Made by a program: the position numbers and the translations under genes
Shown here: positions 15,557 to 20,000 of the stretch, piece by piece
Layout: each line of letters opens with the position of its first letter
Position numbering within the stretch: position 1 is the stretch's first letter
The notes under the pieces: model-generated
The model's input: only the letters and a program-made list of their open reading frames with translations
Databases searched by the model: none
What the model was told of the DNA's origin: nothing
Virus record (IMG/VR): IMGVR_UViG_3300029787_000004
Source: an uncultured virus (IMG/VR IMGVR_UViG_3300029787_000004)
Lineage: Duplodnaviria; Heunggongvirae; Uroviricota; Caudoviricetes
DNA: 20,000 nt
Reading direction: 5' to 3' (one strand)

Positions 15557-16550
15557 AGAAATTGTAAAAGAAATAGGTAATGAGTTTACCCAACTTGGAT
15601 CAGACATCGACGACACAGAAAATTACGTGGACACGGGTTCGTACATCTTTAACGGGCTTTGTTCAGGTAGTATATTTGGTGGTGTATCTGGGAATAAGAT
15701 TACTGCCATTGCTGGCGAGTCTTCTACTGGCAAAACTTTCTTCTCTCTCGCTGTCGTCAAAAATTATCTTGACTCTAATCCCGATGGGTATTGCTTATAT
15801 TTTGACACTGAGGCTGCTATTAACAAGTCTCTACTCACAAGTCGTGGGATAGATACAGATCGGTTTATTCATTTACAAGTTGTTACTGTTGAGCAGTTTA
15901 GACAATCTGCACTGAAAGCAGTGGATATATATTTAAAAAAACCCGAAGAAGAACGCAAACCATGTATGTTTGTGCTAGACTCTTTGGGAATGCTTTCCAC
16001 AGAGAAGGAGATCAACGACGCACTGAATGATAAACAAGTTCGGGACATGACTAAATCCCAACTCATCAAAGGTGCATTCAGAATGTTGACACTGAAACTG
16101 GGGCAGGCTAACATTCCAATGATCGTTACCAATCATACCTACGATGTTATCGGTGCCTACGTGCCTACAAAAGAAATGGGTGGAGGTAGTGGTCTCAAAT
16201 ATGCTGCGTCTACGATTATCCATCTTAGTAAGAAGAAAGAAAAAGATGGAACGGCAGTTGTCGGAAATCTTATCAAAGCAAAGACTGCTAAGTCGCGTTT
16301 AAGTAAGGAGAACAAAGATGTTACCATACGTCTCTATTACGATGAGCGTGGTCTTGATCGATATTTTGGTCTTCTTGAACTGGGTGAACTGGGAGGTCTC
16401 TGGAAAAATGTTGCAGGTCGTTATGAGATGAATGGTAAGAAGGTTTATGCCAAAGCAATCTTGAAAGATCCTGAGGAATACTTTACACCAGAGGTTATGG
16501 AAAAATTAGATCAAATTGCAAGGAAGGAGTTTAGTTATGGAGAAAGTTGA
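15543..16550 (+). CDS. uvsX: RecA-like recombinase
   Basis: DTGSYIFN, Walker A GESSTGKT, FDTE, VLDSLG, MGGGSGLKY. Confidence 0.96.
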   Translation: MDFLKEIVKEIGNEFTQLGSDIDDTENYVDTGSYIFNGLCSGSIFGGVSGNKITAIAGESSTGKTFFSLAVVKNYLDSNPDGYCLYFDTEAAINKSLLTSRGIDTDRFIHLQVVTVEQFRQSALKAVDIYLKKPEEERKPCMFVLDSLGMLSTEKEINDALNDKQVRDMTKSQLIKGAFRMLTLKLGQANIPMIVTNHTYDVIGAYVPTKEMGGGSGLKYAASTIIHLSKKKEKDGTAVVGNLIKAKTAKSRLSKENKDVTIRLYYDERGLDRYFGLLELGELGGLWKNVAGRYEMNGKKVYAKAILKDPEEYFTPEVMEKLDQIARKEFSYGES

Positions 16551-17916
16551 GAATCTAGTTCTCAAAAATCTCATTCATAATGAAGAGTATGCACGAAAAG
16601 TTATTCCTTTTATTCAGAAAGAATACTTTGAGGACCAACCAAGTCGTATTTTATATGAAGAAATCTCTAAATTCATCATTAACTACGATCAACTACCAAC
16701 AAGAGAAGCAGTATCTATTGAGATAGAAAATCGAGAGGATTTGAATGAGCAAACATTCAAAGAACTCAGTCAAACTCTTTCGTATCTGGACAAAGAACCT
16801 GCTGATTTCTTTTGGTTATTAGATACCACAGAAAGATGGTGCCGTGACCGTGCTATATACCTGGCGCTCATGGAATCCATTGCTCTTGCAGACGGTAAGG
16901 ATGAAAGGAAAGGTCGTGATGCCATCCCTTCTATCTTATCTGATGCATTGTCAGTGTCTTTTGATAATCATGTTGGACACAATTACCTAGAAGATTACGA
17001 AGAACGCTATGCTCTCTACCATCGAAAAGAAGAAAAGATCCCATTCGACCTTGAATATCTTAACAAAATTACCAAAGGTGGGCTCCCTAATAAGACTCTC
17101 AACATCGCTCTTGCTGGCACAGGTGTCGGGAAAAGTTTATTCATGTGCCACGTCGCTAGTTCCGCCCTCATGCAGGGGAGGAACGTACTCTACATTACAT
17201 GTGAGATGGCAGAGGAAAAAATTGCTGAACGAATTGATGCAAACTTATTGAATACAAATATTCAGGATCTTGTTGACCTTCCTAAACAAATCTTTGATAA
17301 GAAGGTCAATGCTATCGCTAAGAAAACTCAGGGTCAGTTAATCATTAAAGAATACCCAACTGCTAGTGCTCACAGTGGACATTTTAAGTCACTTCTTAAC
17401 GAACTTGCACTTAAAAAATCTTTTCGACCTGATATTGTATTCGTGGATTATCTCAATATTTGTGCCTCTTCGCGTTACAAAGGGTCTTCCAATATCAATT
17501 CCTATACTCTTGTTAAGTCGATTGCTGAGGAGCTTAGAGGACTTGCTGTCGAAGCGAACGTACCTATCATATCTGCCACCCAGACCACTCGTTCTGGTTA
17601 TGGTAGCAGTGATGTTGAGCTTACTGATACTAGTGAGTCCTTTGGTCTCCCTGCTACTGCTGATCTTATGTTTGCCCTTATTTCAACAGAGGAATTGGAA
17701 GAGTTGGGACAGATTATGGTGAAACAATTGAAGAATCGGTACAATGATAACAACGTACATAAGAGATTTGTAGTTGGTATCGACCGTGCCAAGATGAGAT
17801 TGTATGACTGTGAGCAGACTGCACAGAATGATATCCTTGACAATGGCAAGGATGAGGAGTATACTTATGAAGATAAAACTGACTTGAAGAAAAAGTTCTC
17901 TGCCCTTAATTTCTAA
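16537..17916 (+). CDS. gp41: Replicative DNA helicase (start MEKVENL at 16537)
   Basis: Walker A AGTGVGKS, EM, VDYLNI, ATQTTR, SESFGLPATAD, KQLKNRY; SD AAGGAG at 16524-16529. Confidence 0.97.
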   Translation: MEKVENLVLKNLIHNEEYARKVIPFIQKEYFEDQPSRILYEEISKFIINYDQLPTREAVSIEIENREDLNEQTFKELSQTLSYLDKEPADFFWLLDTTERWCRDRAIYLALMESIALADGKDERKGRDAIPSILSDALSVSFDNHVGHNYLEDYEERYALYHRKEEKIPFDLEYLNKITKGGLPNKTLNIALAGTGVGKSLFMCHVASSALMQGRNVLYITCEMAEEKIAERIDANLLNTNIQDLVDLPKQIFDKKVNAIAKKTQGQLIIKEYPTASAHSGHFKSLLNELALKKSFRPDIVFVDYLNICASSRYKGSSNINSYTLVKSIAEELRGLAVEANVPIISATQTTRSGYGSSDVELTDTSESFGLPATADLMFALISTEELEELGQIMVKQLKNRYNDNNVHKRFVVGIDRAKMRLYDCEQTAQNDILDNGKDEEYTYEDKTDLKKKFSALNF

Positions 17917-18341
17917 TGATTGATACTGAAAAGTCCTTTGTTGATACAGAAAAGTACGTTGAATTTGTAAAAGAAGTTACTAGTGATCCATCTTTGGATT
18001 ATGCTGCCTTTCTTTCTCGTACTAACAAACTTGAACTTGAAGATGATACGAACGTTACTCAACTCCTGACGGCTGCCCTTGGATTGTCAGCAGAGGCAGG
18101 TGAGTTTACTGAGGTTGTAAAGAAGATTATCTTTCAAGGAAAGGATTATAATGAAGATAATGTGTTTCACATGAAGCGTGAACTGGGTGATATCTGTTGG
18201 TATCTTGCTCAGGCATGTATGGCACTTGATACTTCGTTTGATGAGATTCTTGCTATGAATGTAGAGAAACTCAAAGCACGTTATCCTGGTGGTGAATTTG
18301 ATGTTCACTATTCTGAAAACCGTGTGGAGGGAGATCTCTGA
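17916..18341 (+). CDS. mazG: MazG-like nucleoside triphosphate pyrophosphohydrolase
   Basis: LGLSAEAGEFTEVVKK, RELGDICWY, NVEKLKARYP. Confidence 0.93.
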   Translation: MIDTEKSFVDTEKYVEFVKEVTSDPSLDYAAFLSRTNKLELEDDTNVTQLLTAALGLSAEAGEFTEVVKKIIFQGKDYNEDNVFHMKRELGDICWYLAQACMALDTSFDEILAMNVEKLKARYPGGEFDVHYSENRVEGDL

Positions 18342-18457
18342 TGGATGGAGCAGTTAATGCCTGGAATACCATGAGTTATGGAGAAGGATTCCTTTTCTCC
18401 CTATGGTTACTGGGAATGTATTATGTTAAACTTAGAATGGATAGGTATTTCAAATGA
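18341..18457 (+). CDS. 38-aa predicted membrane peptide MDGAVNAWNTMSYGEGFLFSLWLLGMYYVKLRMDRYFK, not in ORF track
   Basis: TGATG overlap with mazG (GGAGG upstream) and ATGA overlap with next gene; hydrophobic core plus basic tail. Confidence 0.75.
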   Translation: MDGAVNAWNTMSYGEGFLFSLWLLGMYYVKLRMDRYFK

Positions 18458-18681
18458 AACTATTGACACTTGATGATTACATCGAAGCAGGAGAAAAATT
18501 CTTTCCCAAGTATTATTATGTAATGGGTGAGATGGGTGAAGATGCTAAACCAGAAGACGTTCTTAAAGTTATGGAAGCAGTTGGTGGTCTTGCATTAAAG
18601 ATGCGTCTTGACAAAGATGATGAAGTAGGACCTTTTGGATTCAATAAGAAGAAAGAAGAAGAAAAGGAAGAGTCTAAATAG
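18454..18681 (+). CDS. Hypothetical protein
   Basis: 75-aa ORF coupled to upstream peptide. Confidence 0.75.
   Translation: MKLLTLDDYIEAGEKFFPKYYYVMGEMGEDAKPEDVLKVMEAVGGLALKMRLDKDDEVGPFGFNKKKEEEKEESK
18674..18680 (+). promoter_or_regulatory. Late promoter variant CTAAATA
   Basis: Overlaps upstream stop codon, 13 nt before ATG 18694. Confidence 0.6.
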
Positions 18682-18693
18682 TTAAAAAGTGTG

Positions 18694-19958
18694 ATGGCAA
18701 AGGTTAGTGACGCAACCTATACACAAATGCAAGAACTTGGATCAGCTTGGGTTTTTAAACGAGCGATCCAAGATAATGTCACTTTCAATAGTGCAGATGA
18801 TATTTTAAAAGATAAAAAAACTTTTGACGAAATAAAAAAAGTATGGAAGACTGTTGGTAAGGTTGAGTTTGGCACTCAACCACAAGATTTTTCCTGGATA
18901 GATGCCTTTTACAAACAACAAAAAACTCTGCTTACAAAAATAGGCAAACCAAATTTCACTGAGTTTTGTCGTAGTGGTGACTACGTTCTTCCTGGATCAC
19001 AGAAAGGTGAGACATTTATGGAATGGGTTTCTGATTATGTTAAAGATGAATTTGGTATTAGTCAAAAAGATAATTGGAATCCTGCTGACATTTGGTTGAT
19101 TCAGAATGAAAAGAAATGGAGAAATGAAATAAAGAAAGCATTTGACAATAGAAATGTAAATAAAGCAGCAACTATTGAATCAGAACTTGCTAAGTTCAAC
19201 GCAATTTTTAGAGGACTGTTCGTATCTAGACAAATTGTGGGGATATCTCTCAAAAAAATTAGTGGTAAAACAGCACAGTGGAAAGAAGTTAATGTCACTG
19301 GAAAGTTCTTTAAGAAATTAGACGCAACACATATGGAGCTTACCGAGGTCAAGTGTTTGCTCGGTAATAAAAGAATCGATCCTCAAAAGGCAATGAAGGA
19401 TAAGGCGAGAGGGAAGTTTAGAGGAGCACCCGGAGCAGCAACTCTTACTCAGGATACTGTTTTACTTATTGTAGATCCTGGTCTTGCTGATGATCCTGGA
19501 TCAAAATATAAAGTTCAGATTAAAGCAAATGACTCTACAAAGTTCTCAAATTTAAAATGGGAACCAACAATTACCTCTGNNNNNNNNNNNNNNNNNNNNN
19601 NNNNNNNNNNNNNNNNNNNNNNNNNNNNNNNNNNNNNNNTAAAACGTATCCAAGAAATAAAACAGAATTTGAAAAAGTTGAAAAAGATTATCGCGATATA
19701 ATTAGTGAATTAATCAATGATAGATTTGTTGATCTTGGAACTGGTGTTGACGTAGAAACTGCTATTGTAAATATAAAGGAGACGTTTGATATTTACAGAG
19801 GACAACCATGGGTTGCAGTATCAAAGTTGCAACAACTTAGATTCTTGTATGCTCTCATGACATTATCTGATAGAGATAGAAATGATTTCTGCACATCATT
19901 AATTTTTACTGCTGAGAAAGCAGGTAAAAGATATGGACCTTATGGAAAATTATACTGA
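18694..19958 (+). CDS. Large hypothetical protein, possible PD-(D/E)xK-like nuclease; probably one gene spanning the N gap
   Basis: WNPADIWL and IVGISLKK motifs; open frame up to the gap, and a different frame open from the gap to TGA 19956-19958. Confidence 0.55.
19580..19639. other. Assembly gap (60 N)
   Basis: Run of n characters. Confidence 0.99.
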
Positions 19959-19959
19959 C

Positions 19960-20000
19960 ATGAGCATATTTAATAGAGTAAAAAGATATAGAAAACCTCT
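19960..20000 (+). CDS. Start of next ORF (MSIFNRVKRYRKP...), truncated by window edge
   Basis: ATG 1 nt after preceding stop; open to the window end. Confidence 0.45.
   Translation, partial: MSIFNRVKRYRKP

Noticed and set aside
12167..17916. Introns or inteins in gp43, uvsX or gp41
   Set aside because: ORFs are continuous and of ordinary length, with no intein motifs seen
451..19352. Many alternative-frame and antisense ORFs inside core genes (e.g. 451-816, 4395-4931, 12995-13363, 17366-17722)
   Set aside because: Shadows of well-supported genes, with no signals or motifs of their own that I could see
19557..19701. Programmed frameshift or pseudogene in the last large ORF
   Set aside because: Frame change coincides with the 60-N gap, whose length is likely a placeholder

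Overview
The window is the DNA-replication module of a T4-like marine cyanophage (cyanomyovirus/Kyanoviridae-type; inferred from gene content and order). On the + strand it runs: end of gp46, two small ORFs, HExxH-peptidase/VWA (CobT-like) protein, pyrimidine-dimer-glycosylase-like gene, speD, cobS-like AAA+ ATPase, DUF3310-like gene, gp45, gp44, 2OG-Fe(II) oxygenase, small membrane protein, Dam-like MTase, gp62, regA, second oxygenase, hsp20, two Sm-like genes, gp43, small ORFs, third oxygenase, uvsX, gp41, mazG and a nuclease-like ORF broken by a 60-N gap. The most unusual part is the ~2 kb between regA/oxygenase and gp43 (10187-12167). It holds four T4 late-promoter boxes, two candidate promoter-to-terminator small RNAs, and the only credible minus-strand operon, which has a CA-repeat leader. 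It also has an SD-sequestering hsp20 leader, a triple TGATACA inverted repeat, two 24-27 aa hydrophobic microproteins missing from the ORF track, and a tandem of Sm/Hfq-fold-like genes. Together these suggest a phage-encoded RNA regulatory module (hypothesis). All family calls come from motif recognition by eye; no searches were run.
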